Shown here piece after piece: positions 28,379-43,300 of a stretch of 64,000 bases of DNA. The notes under the pieces were generated by a model. It saw nothing but the letters and a program-made list of their open reading frames with translations, ran no database searches and had not been told where the DNA came from. The position numbers and the translations under genes were made by a program. This stretch comes from Chiloscyllium plagiosum. Its lineage: Eukaryota. Each line of letters starts with the position of its first letter. The stretch's first letter is position 1. The stretch lies in assembly GCF_004010195.1 (NCBI RefSeq), contig NC_057749.1, positions 21,070,854 through 21,134,853 of the forward strand, given 5' to 3'.

Positions 28379-31300
28379 GCACACACACACGCTCAGAGTC
28401 CCTCACAGCGCCAGGGACCCAGGTTTGATTCCTGCCTCGGGCAACTGTCAATGTGAAGTTTGCACATTCTCCATGTGTCTGCATGGAGTGCTCCAGTTTC
28501 CTCCCCAGTGCAAGTTAGATTGATTGGCCATGCCAAATTGCCCACAGTGTTCAGGGATGTGTAGGTTAGAAGCATTAATCAGGCGTAAACGTAGAGTAAT
28601 GGGGCATGGGTTTGGGTGGGATATCTTCAGAGGGTCGGTGTGGACCTGTTGGGCCGAAGGGCCAGTTTCCACACTGTAGGGATTCTATGATACCACAGGC
28701 AATAAGGGGATAAATAACCCGGAGAGCCGTTGCTAGTGGTGGCATGTTGGCCAGAACCTGCCACCTCCAATTATCACAGACTCGGACAATCCCTCCAGTG
28801 TGGGAGCTGACCATTCGGCCCATCACGTTCACGCCAATTCTCTGAAGAGCATTGCAGAGCACTCCCCCCAACCTCACTCTATCCCTGTAACCCTGCGTTT
28901 CCCACGGCTATTCCACCTGGCCTGCACATTCCTGGATGCTATGGACAATCTAGAATGACCAATACACCCACCAGAGCTTCCGCATTCACCAGAACGGAGG
29001 AGCATGGTCTCACTTTGACTCCATATTTGAGAGCCAGCATCTGTGACAGCGCAATACCCCCTCAGGACTGCACTGGGCTGACATCCTACAGCCCTGTGCT
29101 CAAGTGGCGGGGGACAGAAACTCTTCACCTCTGACAGAGGTGACAGCGCTTTTCACCAAACTGGGACTCACAGCCACATTGGGGTCTGTCTGACTGCTCT
29201 GGCTTAATATATTTGAGAGACCCCATTGTCTCCGCTGCTGTGGGAGAGCCAGAGGGTGAGACTGAGTATGGGACAACTCACTGGGGTCTGACAGTCTGAA
29301 CGGTGACAGTGTGGGCTGCAGTAACAGCATCCCATCATGTGCTGGGGAAGGAAGTTGTGGTATACACCACCAGGAAAGTGCCTTCCTTTCTCCATTTTAA
29401 AAATAGGCTCCGTTGGCTGAGTGGTGAGTAAGTGCAACAGAGCGTTGCTGGGCACAGGCACGCAGCACATTTGTTAAACTATTTCAGGAGCGGCCGAACA
29501 GAGAATTCAAGACCTCAACCCCTGAACTGTTGAAGGAGCAATCACCAACTTTCAAAGCAAAATAAGCCTAGTAATGGAGTGACTTCAGGCTGAGCTTCCT
29601 CACTAGTCACCCCCGTGTGCTCACGTAGTTCTTAGGGAGACAGACTTGTGGCTGATGAAATGACTCATGAGATATAGGGACTCAAAAGTAGGTCAAAGAT
29701 AAATAAATCGATGAACCAGAAACCTACATTTTCAGATCTGCTTGGCTTCACACTGGTTTTAACTTGCTTACTCTCTTCTTACAGTAAATACCAGAATTTA
29801 GGCTGGAAGGTCAAAGGTTTCGAGGTTGCGTTGCTAAGGGGCAAGAAAGAACGTTGCTAGGGGCAAGTTTTTTCTCGTTTTCTACTGATTTCCTCACTAG
29901 GACACAGGGCTGCTGATCTTGGTGACTTGCACATTGAAGCTGTGACTGACTATCCCATCATCAGCCACGTGGCTTCCAGTCTTCGAGAGAAGATGACCAC
30001 CCGTTAGAATGAGCAATTGGAAGGAAGTCAATTCACCTACCCAAGAGCAGAGAGGTGCAGGCCCCGTCTTCGAGGGCCTGGTTTCATTCCTAACAAACCG
30101 CTCAGATCTGCCTCTACCTCAGCACATCGCCCACTGACACCTTGTTTGGCAAAGTAAGGCACTCTGTCCTCTCAAACTAATGGATTATACGTTCCTTTTA
30201 ATCCATCTGTTTGGATATGCTATAGTGCACCTCACTGGAACTTTTATAGATGCCAGTAGCAGGGTGTCTGATGTTGCCGCAATGTCAGATTTGTCACTTG
30301 CCATCCCTTTCCCCATTTCTTTTTCAGGTTGCGAAGAGACGAACTATCAGCTGGATTGACTCATTGAAGCTATGGACGTACTCACTGAGGCGCGGGAGTA
30401 CAGTCCTCTCAGCCCCAGGTAACTCGCTGCGAGAACATCTTATTGAAGTAAGCTCATGCTGGTAGCAAGGTCCTCAGTGACTCAGTTCAGGCAAACTCTG
30501 AACTTTGGACCTTCAAGTTTAGGATTCCAGCCTTTTCTCGAGCACCACCACCCCAGAAGGTACCTGGATCTCTGGAATAATAGTCGAGCGATAATTCCAC
30601 TAGGCCATCATGTCTCTATTGAAATGGACTGGCATCCTCATGAAATTACCAAAATACTGAGAGAGGGGGGAACTCCATTTTCCAGACACTGAGAATACAT
30701 TCTCTTTTACTCCATCCTTTCTTCCCCCACAAACCTCTCAAACCATCCCTCAACTAAACTCATTGACGTGGATGGCAGATTTGGAGAGAGTTAAGTGTGC
30801 ATTGTATTTCTGCAGCAGGTGAAAGGCAATGCAAGACAGCAGGAACCAGAATATAAGCTTGAATTTACAAGTGAGCTGTACCAACAAACACGCAAACCAG
30901 TTTCTGGACGGACACTCCAACAACGTGACACAGTGGGCCAGGAACTGAAATGCAGAAGGGGATTTACTTCAGCGATGTGTACATATCTATAGCAGAATTA
31001 AACTCACTGGGAAACTTCAGGGCACAAAAGCCCCAGAGCAGTTAATGGGCAAAAATGTGGCGTGTAATGAGCTTTGTAGTTCAATCCAAGTGACCTTTGG
31101 TTCTGTGGGTTGACCCGGGTCAAACACATCCACAACAACATGGGAACAGAAAACCATTCAGTCTGTAAGAGCAAGCTCCACCCAATTACAATATGGCTGA
31201 TTGGTGTCTTAATTCCACGTATCTGCCTGTGTTCCCTGAACATGGAGTCATGGAGATGTACAGCACGGAAACAGACCCTTCGGTCCAATTCATCCATGCT

Positions 31301-34300
31301 GACCAGCTATCCTAACCTAATCTAGTTCCACTTGCCAGCACTTGGCCCAGATCCCTTTATACCCTTCTTATTCATATAACCATCCAGATGCCTTGTACAT
31401 GTTGTAATTGTACCAGCCTCCACCACTTCCTCTGGCAGCTCATTCCATACACGTACCACCCTGTGTGTGAAAAAGTTGCCTCTTAGCTCTCTTTTAAATC
31501 TTTCCCCTCTCACCCTAAACCTATGCCCTCGAGTTTTGGACTCCCCCCCCACCCCAGGGAAAAGACCTTGTCTTTTTATCCTATCAATACCCCTCATCAG
31601 GAGTTTGACAGGCTCAACCACAGAGACTGTTCCTGCCTTAGCAGGGCAATCTCAAAAGCTGCCTGAGGAGAAAAGGCCTCTCTTTGTCATTCTCTTGCTG
31701 CAGAGGACATTGGATGCCCCATCGTTGAATGTATTTAAGGGTGGGACAGAGTGATGGTTTTTTTTTTGTCAGGGAATCAAGGGAAATGGAGAGGGGAGGG
31801 GAGAAAGTGGAATCCTCTCCCCAGACTATCCATAACTACATGGATCATCTTGGGCTGGGTTTGGATGGGATGCTCTTTGAAAGGTCAGTGCAGACTCGAT
31901 GGGCCAAATGGCCTCTTTCCGCACTGTATGGATTTCTCATAGTTTTAATTTCTTTGCTCAAGAAAATGTTTGCCTTTTTGCTTAGATGGGCAGCACGGTG
32001 GCACAGTGGTTAGCACTGCTGCCTCACAGCGCCAGAGACCAGGGTTCAATTCCCGTCTCAGGCAACTGTCTGTGTGGAGTTTGCGCATTCTCCCCGTGTC
32101 TGCGTGGGTTTCCTCCGGGTGCTCCGGTTTCCTTCCACAATCCAAAAATGTGCAGGTTAGGTGAATTGGCCACGCTAAATTACCCGTAGTGTTAGGTGAA
32201 GGGGTAAGAGTAGGGGAATGGGTCTGGGTGGGTTGCGCTTCGGAGGGTCGGTGTGGACTTGTTGGGCCGAAGGGCCTGTTTCCACACTGTAAGTAATCTG
32301 ATCAGTCCATGCCGACCATAATCCCAAACAAAACTAACCCCACCATCCTGCTTCTTGGCCATATCCCTCCAATCATTCATAAACCTGTCCAAATATCTGT
32401 TTAATGTTGTAACTGTGTACACATCCACCACTTCCTCGGGAAGTTCATCCCATGCACGACCCATTCTTACAAAAAAAAACTGCCCCTCATCTTTTTTTAA
32501 AACCTTTCTCCGCTCACCTTAAAAATATACCCCCTTGCCGCGAAATCTCCCAGTCCCAGGGAAAATACACCTGCCACTCACCTCATCGAAACCCCTCATG
32601 ATTTTATAATCTTCCATAAGGCCACCCGATAAGATCCAGTGATGTTTTTCCCACCTCTCTAGTTGCATTTTCCACTTCTTGTGCTGTACCTCTGGGATCT
32701 CCTCCAGCCCCCCACAACTCTCCTGGTGAACTGGCTATTCTGTACAACTCCAATTCTGAACAAGGCAACTGGACTCGAATCACTAGCTCTGCATTTTCTC
32801 TCTCCACAGATGCTGTCGGACCTGCTGAGTTTCTCCAGCCGTTTCTGCTGTTGTTCCACCAATGCTGTCTGCTTCTGCTCCAGAAACCTTTCACCCTGAA
32901 GTGGATGTCCAGGCCTTCAGCTAGCGAGGCCCTGGATTCTGGAACTTGTGCCCTGAGTCACTCTGACTTTGTATTGCACCCTCCACTTTGCATACACTCC
33001 TGAAAACCCCACTCTTTGACAGATTTAGATCACCAAATATTCAAGGGTGGGTGGGGTGGGGGCGTGGTTTGGGTAGGGCGGGCTGCCATTGGATAAAATC
33101 CAACATTTTGGTGAAATACTCCTCACTACAGCATACTCTGGCACCCCACAACTTTACTCCACCAACCCCCCTGCTCCCCTTCACTCAAACTGAATGCAAG
33201 GCCAGTTAAACTCTTGCGTGGTTGGTCAATTTTCATTGTGAATGACTCCCAGTTGGCACTCAGACCATGTGTTGTTTCTTTCCTCATTGGGTCCATTCTC
33301 TGATGGGTCTTGCACTGGGCATCAGATGCGTACCAAGCTCAGGGGCACCTTCAGATTGGGATGGACAGGAGTTTGCACTTGACACAATGGCTCATTGGGT
33401 GAAGTCTACATTGTCCGGGACCTCTCGTCACCCCCAAGGGGAGAATTTATTTTTAAAGAAATTCCTTCACGGGATGAGGGCATCGCTGGCTGGGCCAGCA
33501 TTTATTGCCCATCTCTAATTGCCCAGAGGGCAGTTGAGAGTCAACCATATTGCTGTGGGTCTGGAGTCACATGTAGGCCAGACCAGGTAAGGATGGCACA
33601 TTTTGTTCCCTAAAGGACATTAGAGACCCAGTTGGATTTTTCCTGACAATGGATTGATGGCCATTATTAGATAGGTTTGGGGGTGAGGGAGCATACAAGC
33701 AGCTTTACCTTCCAGGCAAGATGGCGAATCTGGTAAGAGGAGTTATTTCATTAAGCCAAGATGAAATGGTTAAGAAGCATCAACGAACAGCCAGACTGTG
33801 GTCTGTGAAGATATTGACAGCCTGGTAAGGCTACTTACCTCCTCCTGGCCTTTAAACCACTGGTACTGCAGAGGGGTAGGTCCAATAGCAACACACTGGA
33901 GAGTTACAGGGCACCCGGCTGGGACAGAGGCAGACTCTGGTTGTTTCGTGATCACAATACCTGCAGGGGGGTGAGAGATCCAGGGATCATTACAAATCAG
34001 AAATATTTGCTGTGCAAATGATCAAGGGAATAAGTCTGAAACTGCAGAGCTCTCACTAGAGACACAGTTAGAAAATGCTGAAATAACTCTACACAGGCTG
34101 GCATCCCATCAGCAAGTCGCACATGAATAGTCCATGACAATATTACTGCCTCACCCAGAGTCAGGCACCAGAGTGTCAATACCCCTGACATTCATCCTTG
34201 TGTGTCAGCCAGGGCTCCCTGATTGGACCAGATTAAAGCCCCAATCAGAGAACTCCATTGGCTGACCTCGTTAGAATACTAGCGATGTGGTGTTTTAAAG

Positions 34301-37300
34301 GACGGGGCACCCTGACAGGTAATTCCATGACTCAATTCAACTGCCAAATAACAAACAGAATCAGGTGTAAAACACAGGCTTCACACTGTCTCCGACTTTT
34401 AACTTGGAGCAGATTATAGATCTGACGTTACAATGGATCCCAGTGACAAATCAACTTAACACTGTCCCTAGCATATTCCACCACAAGTGGGTTAGTTCAT
34501 CAAATCCACACAATGTTCACTTTGGGGGCAGGAAAATCTTTACAAAGTGAGATTTAAATGGAGAATCTCTGTAGAATTCCAAGGTGCAGAGGAATCTGGG
34601 TCCCCCCCAGTGCACGAATCACAAATGGTTACAGTATGTGGGTACAGTAAGTAGTTACCATGACTACTGGGATGCTACCCTTCGTTACGAGAGGAAGTGA
34701 ATGTAAAAGTTGTGTTCCAATTATAAAGAACGCTCATTAAGATCACACCTCACAAACTGTGTGCAGTCTCCTCTTTAAGAGGAAGGTGGAAGTGATTGAG
34801 AGGAGGCTGATTACGTTGATGCCTGGAATGTGTGGCTTGTCCGATGAGGACAGATTGGGTTAGTTTCCATTGAAGTTTAAAAGCGCGAGGTGTAATTCGA
34901 TTGAAGTGTGAACAGTCTCGACAAGGTGGATGTGGAAAGAATGTTTCCTCATTGTGGGGGAGTCCAGAACTAGGCGACAATGTCTTAAAATTAGGGTCCA
35001 CCCTTTTAGGAACAGAGATGAGGGGAGCCATGCTTGTAAGCCTGAGGTTGTGAAACACGATCAGATGACTGTGGGCAGGTTCTCACAAGTAGTTCTTCGA
35101 CCAGCCTCTCCTTTCCCTCATGGCACAGTATCTTCCTCAAGACTGCTTTCTCAACAGCATCTTCCCAATCCTTGCTCCACCCATGAACCCAAAGGACAAT
35201 TGACTGATGGTTTCTCTTCAATCAGTCACAGAGACATAGTCACACAGCAAGGAAACAGACCCTTCAGCCCAACTCACCCATGCCAACCAGGTTTCACAAA
35301 CTAAGCTAGTCCTATTTGCATGCATTTGGCCCATAGCCCTCTGAACTTTTCCTATCTGTGGATCTGTCCAAATGTCTTTAAATGTTGTAATGATATCTGC
35401 CTCTACCATTTCCTTTGGCAGTTTATTCCACACACAAACCACCTTCTGCGTGAAAAAGTTATTCCTCAGGTCCCTTTTATATCTTTCCCCTCTCACCTTC
35501 AACCTATGCTCTCCAGTTTTGGAGTCGCTTACCTTGGGGAAAACACCTTGGCTACTCACCTTATCTATGCCCCTCATGATTTTTGAAACCTCTAGAAGGT
35601 CACCCCTCAACCTCTTATGCTCCAGAGACAATAGTCCCAGCCTATCCAGCCTCTCCTTATAACTCAAACCCTCAGCAACACCCTTGTAAATCTTTTCTGC
35701 ACCCTCTCCAGTTTAATAACATCCTTCCTATAGTAGGGCGACCAGAATTGTACCCTATACTCCAAAAGTGGCCTCACCCATGTCCTGCCACGGACATGAC
35801 TCCATGATTCAGATTCCTGCTCCATCTTGGATCCTCCAGGGTCAAAGTGTACAGGTCACAGAGTGAAGTTTCATCTGAGCCTCCAGTCTGGCTATCGTGT
35901 TTTCTCTTAAGAGTTTCCTGTGCATTCAGATGAATTACAAAAGCAGCAACATTTGAAAAATAATCTGGCTGCTGTGAGGTCTCCTGAGGACATCAAAGGT
36001 GTGATGAAATCGAAGTTTCTTTTGTAACCTCTTGTAGCTATTTTAGTGAGATGTGATCAATGGAGTGGAAAAGGCTTATGTGAGTGCAAATCTTCCTTTT
36101 CTTGCCCCTCTTTCACTCACAGTGATAAGGATTTATACCACAAGGAAGTGGCTCAGAAATGGAAATAGCATATTTCGCACAGAGAACGCTGGAGAAACTC
36201 AGCAGGTTTGGCAGCATCTGTGGAGTGAGAACGAGAGTTAGTGTTTTCAGTCTGATTTGACACACATTCTGAATTCATATTGGGCTTGAAACGTTAACTC
36301 TCTCTCCACAGATGCTGCAAGACCTGCTGGGTTTCTCCAGTGTTTCCTGTGTTTGTGTCAGATTCCCAGCATCCACAGTATTTCGCTTTTCCTCAAGTGG
36401 CTTTTCTGGATTATTTTGGTATTAAACCTCCTCCTCCCTCCAGCAACCTCTTCCACTTCTCCCTCAACGCTGGAACACAGCTGTTACAAAAGTCACATTT
36501 ATCACGCAAAGCCGCACTCCAAATACATAGTACAAAAAGCTGTGACCCAGGAGCTGCTGTAATCAGGAATTGAAACAGAGGCACGTGTCAGTATTTCTGT
36601 CAGAGGGGGAAAAAAAACCCAGTTCTCCAACTGACTTATTAAAAGGCACCGGTTCAAATTGCATGTCCAACAGTAGTTGTCTTTCCAGGAAACAGGAAAA
36701 ACAGGTTTCACAGAGGGTGTGAGAGGTAATGGTTAGAGGTGCTACAGAAACAGCCTTTTGACAGCGTGCCAGAGCTCTCACCACTAGGGAGAGGGGAGAT
36801 CACTCTCTGACCTTACACTTCTTCTGCTTTTTACCCTGGCTTTCCTAACGTCACACCGGGGAAGCAACGTGCTCCTCCGACTGTACAGCGGCCTGTCGGC
36901 CTGAGGAGTCTCCTCCCCCACTGACCTATTGTACTCTATGCTACTCTCTCCCCACCCCCACCCTCCTCTAGCTTATCTCTCCACGCTTCAGGCTCTCTGC
37001 CTTTATTCCTGATGAAGGGCTTTTGCCCGAAACGTCGATTTTGCCTGTCCTAGGATGCTGCCTGAATTGCTGTGCTCCTCCAGCACCACTGATCCAGGGC
37101 CTGAGGAGAAGCCTCTTCACCCAGAGAGCGGGCAGCCTGTGGCATCCTCTGCCACAGAAAACGGGCTGAAGCCAAAACATTGAAGGAGGAGTCAGACGCA
37201 ATTTTTTCTTAGGGCTAAAGGGATCAGAGGGCATGGGGGAGAAGGTGGGAACAGTTGGATAATCAGCCATGGTTATTCTGTCTGGTGCACGGGCTGAATG

Positions 37301-40300
37301 GCCAACTCCTACGGCTAGTGACTGAATCACTTCCTCCACATCCCCAGGTATTGGGGTGGGGGTGGGGGAGTCAACAGAAAATAGAGGACAATGTACGACT
37401 CCAAAACCACCAGTGGTTAGCACTGCTGCCTCACAGCACCAGGGTCCTGAGTTTGATTCCCGCCTGTCTGTGTGGAGTTTGCACATTCTCCCAGTGTCTA
37501 TGTGGGTTTCCTCTGGGTGCTCCGGTTTCCTCCCACAATCCAAAGGTGTACAGGTCAGGTGAATTGGCCATACTAAATTGCCCACAGTGTTAGGTGCGTT
37601 AGTCAGGGGTAAATATTGGGTAGAGGAATGGGTCTGGGTGGGTTTCTCTTCAGAGGAGCGGTGTGAACTTGTTGGGCCGAAGGGCCTGTTTCCACACTGT
37701 AGAGAATCCAATCTAATCTAAATTACTTTCCTTGTACTGCCAGGTTTAGTAATCCCTCCAACTTTTTCTTCCTAATAACATCCAGCCTTTATACTTCCAC
37801 TGGACCTGAAACAGTATCTCTGCTGTCTCTCTCTCTCTCTCTCTATCTCCACAGATGCTGGAGATCAGAGTCAAAACGTGTGGTGCTGGGAAAAACACAG
37901 CCGATCAAGCAGCATCTGAGGAGCAGGAGAATCAACGTTTCGAGTGTCGACTCTCCTGCTCCTCGGATGCTGCCTGACCGGCTGTGTTTTTCCAGCACCA
38001 CACTTTTTGACTCTGATCGCCAGCATCTGCAGTCCTCACTTTCTCCACAGATGCTGCTAGACCTGCCGAGTTCCTCCAGCAATTTCTGTTTTCCTATCAC
38101 GTCTTTTGGACTTGGCAACGTGCGTACTCTCTTCGGCAGCTCAAGTACATTGCGCAATCTTTACATTCGTCTACCGTGGCCCAATAAACAAATAAAGAAA
38201 AGGTTAAAATAAAAGGGCAGGAGAATCCCTCACTGAGCTGATTTCACACCTCGCCTAATCATTTCAACAATAGCTTCCAAGACATTTACCATCAATAAGA
38301 TCCTTTCAAAGTGAAGCCATGGGTGTAAACGCAACAGCCAGGTTACGCACAGCAAGATCCCACATTACTCCACAGCGACTGGAGGAGGCATCAGTCGACA
38401 TATTCCCAAACTCCCTGGATTCTGGGAGGGATCCGGCAGATTGGAGACCTGCTAATGTGACAGAACTGTTCAGACAGAAAGTGGAAACCTTGGGCCCACT
38501 TGTGGCATTGTGGTAATACCCCTATCCCTGGACTGGGAGGACAGGGTTCAAGCCCCATAATGACATCTCTGAGCAGGCTGATCAGAAAAATAGGTTAATA
38601 AAGTAAAATAGGAAACTAGGGGTCAGTTACCCAACATCTGTCATTGGGAATATAGGAGGGTCCATAAATGAAGCTGTTTATCTTTAAATCGATGTTGCTT
38701 TCATTGATCATTATGAGCAAAGTTAAGAAGGATGACTTTGATTTTTTACGTACAACTAAGGAAGCAAGCGTATTCTTTTAGTCAGGAGACAGCAGCTCTG
38801 ACGTCACGGCATTAGTTAAGTGCTCAAGTGTTTATCATCGCGATTAAATCAGAGGCAACAAAACTATCCCTCAGACAGAAGGTCAGATGTGTTCAGTCGT
38901 ATTTTGAAGTCCTCAGCTCAGCTGATCATTGCAAATACGTATCACCAGTCCAGTAAAGGCATTTCTCTGGTTTTTATTAAACTGGAGAGGGTTGAGAAAA
39001 GACACAGGAGCAGAGATTAGGCCATTCGGCCCATTGAATGTCCTCTGCCATTCACTCATGGCCCATAAAAGTTTCTCGAGCCCATTATCCTGCTTTCTCC
39101 CCGTAACCTTTGATTCCCTTGACAATCAAGAACCTATCTATCTCTGTATTAAATACAGGACGCTCTGCTATAATATGACAGCTGTGTTCCTCTGCAAACC
39201 TGTGCTATGGAAATCATGCTATGGGAAATCATATAGAAATCATACTATAGAAATTGCACAATGGAAAACCTGCCAATCCCCTATCAGCAGAAAGGTCGCA
39301 TTATGCAAACAACGTCCACAATTCATCAATCACATGATAGCCAATTTGCGTTGGAGAAGAACTACCTGGATACTCAATGACCCGGCCACCACAGCCTTCT
39401 GTAGCAATGAATTCCATAGATTCCCCACTCTCTGGTTGAACAAGTTTCTCCTGATCTTCCTTCTAAAAGGTCTTCCCTTTACTCTCAGGCTGTGCCCTCG
39501 GGTCCTAGTCTGTCTTACTGATAGAAACATCTTCCCAACATCCACTCTGTCCAGGCCATTCAGTATTCTGTATGTTTCAAAAAGATGGCCCCCATCCTTC
39601 TAAACTCCATCAAGTATAAACCCAGAGTCCTCAAACGTTCCTCATATATTAAGTCTATCATTCCTGGTATCATTCTTGTGAACTCTTTTGGGCCTCCTCC
39701 AAGGCCAATACAGCTTTCCTGAGATATAGGGCTCAAAATTGCTCACAATGCTCTAAATGTGGTCTGACCAGAACCTTCAAAACCTCAGAAGTACTTCCCT
39801 GCTTTTGTATTCTAATCCTCTTGAAATAAATGCCAACGTTGTATTTGCCTTCCTAACTACTGACTCAATCCGAAAGTCTACCTTAAGAGAATCCTGAACC
39901 ATGACTCCCAAATCTCTTGGCACTTCAGATTTCTGAATTCTCTCCCCAATTAGATAATAGTCCATGCCTCTATTCTTCCTACCAAAGTGCATGACCTCAC
40001 ACTTTCCCACGTTGTCCTCCATCTGCCACTTCGTTGCCCACTCCTCTAACCTGCCCAAATCCTTCTGCAGCCTCCCCTTTCTCCTCAATGCTAAGTGTCC
40101 CTCTACCTACCTTTGAATTATCTACAAACTTATTGAGGTTTATAAAATCATGAGGGGCATGGATAGGGTGAATAGACAAAAGGGTCTTTTCCCTTAGGTG
40201 GGGGGAGTTCAAACTAGGGGGCAGATTTTTAAGGTGAGAGGAGAAAGACTTAAAAAGGACACGAGGGGAATTTTCTTTTATATATACAGAGAGTGGTTCA

Positions 40301-43300
40301 TGTGTGGAATGAACAGCCAGAGGAAATGGTGGATGCGAGTACAGTTACAATGTTTAAAAGACATTTAGATGAGTATATACATAGGAAAGGTTGGGAGGGA
40401 TATGGGCCAAATGCAGCAAGATGCGACTAGTTTGGTTTGGGATTATGGTTGGCAAGGACTGATTGGACAGCAGGGTCTGCTTCCATGCTAAATAACTCTA
40501 TAACATTGTAAATTTTGTTCACCTCTGGTCCAATGCAGCCAAAAGTAAAATGATATGTTTACAATGAGTTTACACTTTATCTATCCTCTCTCTGGGCTGC
40601 AGGTTTCTCTCTCCTCATGAGTCTTTTTTCCTCTAGCTTGGGATCATTACTGTTTCTGCTACTCTCAATCCAATTCAATGTTTTGAAATGGTGCAAATGC
40701 ATGCTACCTCAAAGACAGGGCTCTCTCACAGAAGGACAGCCCAGGCATTTTAGAAACAGCTTTCTGTACTGCGTGAGATGATCCGCTGAGGCTTACATGC
40801 TTGAGTGGAGGCTGAATCCTGAACTCCTGACCTGCTGATTCGGACACAAGTGTGCTACCGCTGACTCACATCCTACACCAAACAACAGTAACTTCCTGAA
40901 GTTCACTGTGGAAAATATGTCTTGCACCTCTCAGATTTCAGTCTTCCCCTGCCATGCCAGTGAAGAGATGGGAGTGCATGTTGGCGGATGGGTGTGGAAC
41001 ATGGAACACCAGTCTCTGTACCATATGTCCTGCAGCTGGGAGATTTCGGTGACATAGGAATGCGGAGGTGACCCTTTTAGGTGGTGCAGGCCACATTTCT
41101 ACTCACTGACTGATTTTACCCTCACTACGGTGAATCAGTTAATGCTTGTATTAGATTAGATTCCCTCCAGTGTGGAACGGCCAGTTAGCCCAACAAGTCC
41201 ACACTGACACTCCAAAGAGTAACCCACCCTGTCCCATTTCCTTCTGACTAATGTAGCTAACATTATGGATTATTTAGCATGGTCAGTTCACCTGGCCTGC
41301 ACATCTTTGGACTGTGGGAGGAAACCGGAGCACCCGGAAGAAACCCACACAGACACGGGGAGAATGTGCAAACTCCACACAGACAGTCACCCGAGGCTGG
41401 AATTGAACCCGGGTCCCTGGCGCTGTGAGGTAGCAGTGCTAACCACTGAGCCACCATGTCACCCCTGAATAAAATCAGAGAGATGATGGCCCAGTGGTAT
41501 TATCACTGGACTGTTAAACCAGAGACACTGATATAGAACATAGAACAATATAGCACAGAACAGGCCCTTCGGCCCACGATGCTGTGCCGAACATTTGTCC
41601 TAGCTTAAGCACCCATCCATGTACCTATCCAATTGCTGCTTAAAGGTCACCAATGATTCTGACTCTGCCACTCCCACAGACAACGCATTCCATGCCCCCA
41701 CCACTCTCTGGGTAAAGAACCTACCCCTGACATCCCCCCTATACCTGCCACCCTTCACCTTAAATTTATGCCCCCTTGTAACACATTGTTGTACCCGGGG
41801 AAAAAGTTTCTGACTGTCTATCTATTCCTCTGATCATCTTATAAACCTCTATCAAGTCAACCCTCCTCCTTCGCCGTTCCGATGAGAAAAGGCCTAGCAC
41901 TCTCAACCTATCCTCGTACGACCTATTCTCCATTCCAGGCAACATCCTGGTAAATCTTCTCTGCCCTGGTGACGGTGAAGGGTGGAAGATACGTTCTGGG
42001 GACCTGAGTTCAAATCCCACCACGGCAAATGGTAGAATTTGAATTCAACTAAAGAAAAATCTGGAATTAAGAATCTAATGATGACCATGAAACCATCGTC
42101 AATTGTTGGAAAAATCCATCTGGTTCACAAATGTCCTTAAGGGAAGGAAACTGCCATTCTTACCCAGTCTGACCGACATGTGACTCCAGACCCACAGCAA
42201 TGTGGTTGTCTCTTAAAATGTCCTCTGAGTAGTTAGGGATGGGTCTTGACGATGATGCTCACATCCCGTGAATGAATAAAAATAAAGGACTCAGAACTTT
42301 GTTAGGATTTCTGCTTGGAATTTTGACGGCAGTTTGGCAGAAATCCTGGTTACAGCTTCAAAGTCCTCACTCAAAGCTGTGGTTGCATTCCTGAGAATCA
42401 CAATCTCGAGTGAAACATCGGTTCCCATAGGGATCAGTGTTAAAGTTATAGTTAGGCTCTCGTCAGATTAAAAAAAAACGCAACACCAGCCCAGCTGAAA
42501 TATTTTTCATTAATAACATTTTACACTGGTAAATAGAATAATTTATATTTTAAATTTAAGAATATAAAAGGAAAATGTAACTCCCTTCTTGGAGTACCTC
42601 CTGCTTGCTAGCACTCCTACTCCCCGATCCTCTCCATCACGCCCACTCCCTGGACTCTGAACACTTCCACACTTTGGGACCCACAATTCCACAGCGCCAG
42701 CATCGGATTGGATCTAGATCTTGAACAGGAACGTAAGTCCATGAAAGGGAAGGTGGTGAGTGAGTGAGGCAGTGGGATGTTTAGTGAGAGGGGCACAGGG
42801 AGAACAGACTGTAAGTCAGGGGCGCTAGGGCAGGGTGAAGGCAGTTACTAAATGGGGCCAATCAGATTCACACAGGAAATGAAGTAAAAACAAATTTCTG
42901 CTGCATTCAATGAGATTGCATACCCCTTCCCCCACCATTGACTTACTGATGTTATACTGAAACAATGTGCGGGGAGGACTTAATACAATAGTAAGTGTAC
43001 AGTAAGGCTCATCTCATGTTGGTTAGGGTCATACAAATCAGAAAAGTCAGTGTCCAAGTCCCCACTCCATAGACCTTCAGCTCATTAAGGAAGGCTGGCA
43101 TTGCCAGAGTAAGGTCAGAAATCACATGACACCAGATTATAGTCCAGCCTTTGGAGCACTCCCCCCTTCGTCGGGTGAATTGGACTTCGCCTGACGAAGG
43201 GGCAATGCTCCAAAAGCCCGTGATTTCATATAAACCTGGTGGACTATAACCTGGTGTCATGTGACTTCTGACCTTGTCGACCCAGTGCCATACTGGCATT

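Noticed and set aside
32659..32862. GGWRR peptide resembling the death-domain GWRxLA motif
   Set aside because: The context FTRRVVGGW is a decayed CR1 C-terminal motif adjacent to a pLTR remnant.
38098..38200. Minus-strand acceptor-like site with a short Cys-rich frame ([20 protein letters not shown])
   Set aside because: No phase-compatible donor before the stop and no similarity to paracaspases.
36968..39603. Long ORFs 36968-37711 (247 aa) and 38929-39603 (224 aa)
   Set aside because: These are chance read-throughs of SINE, pLTR and antisense CR1 sequence.
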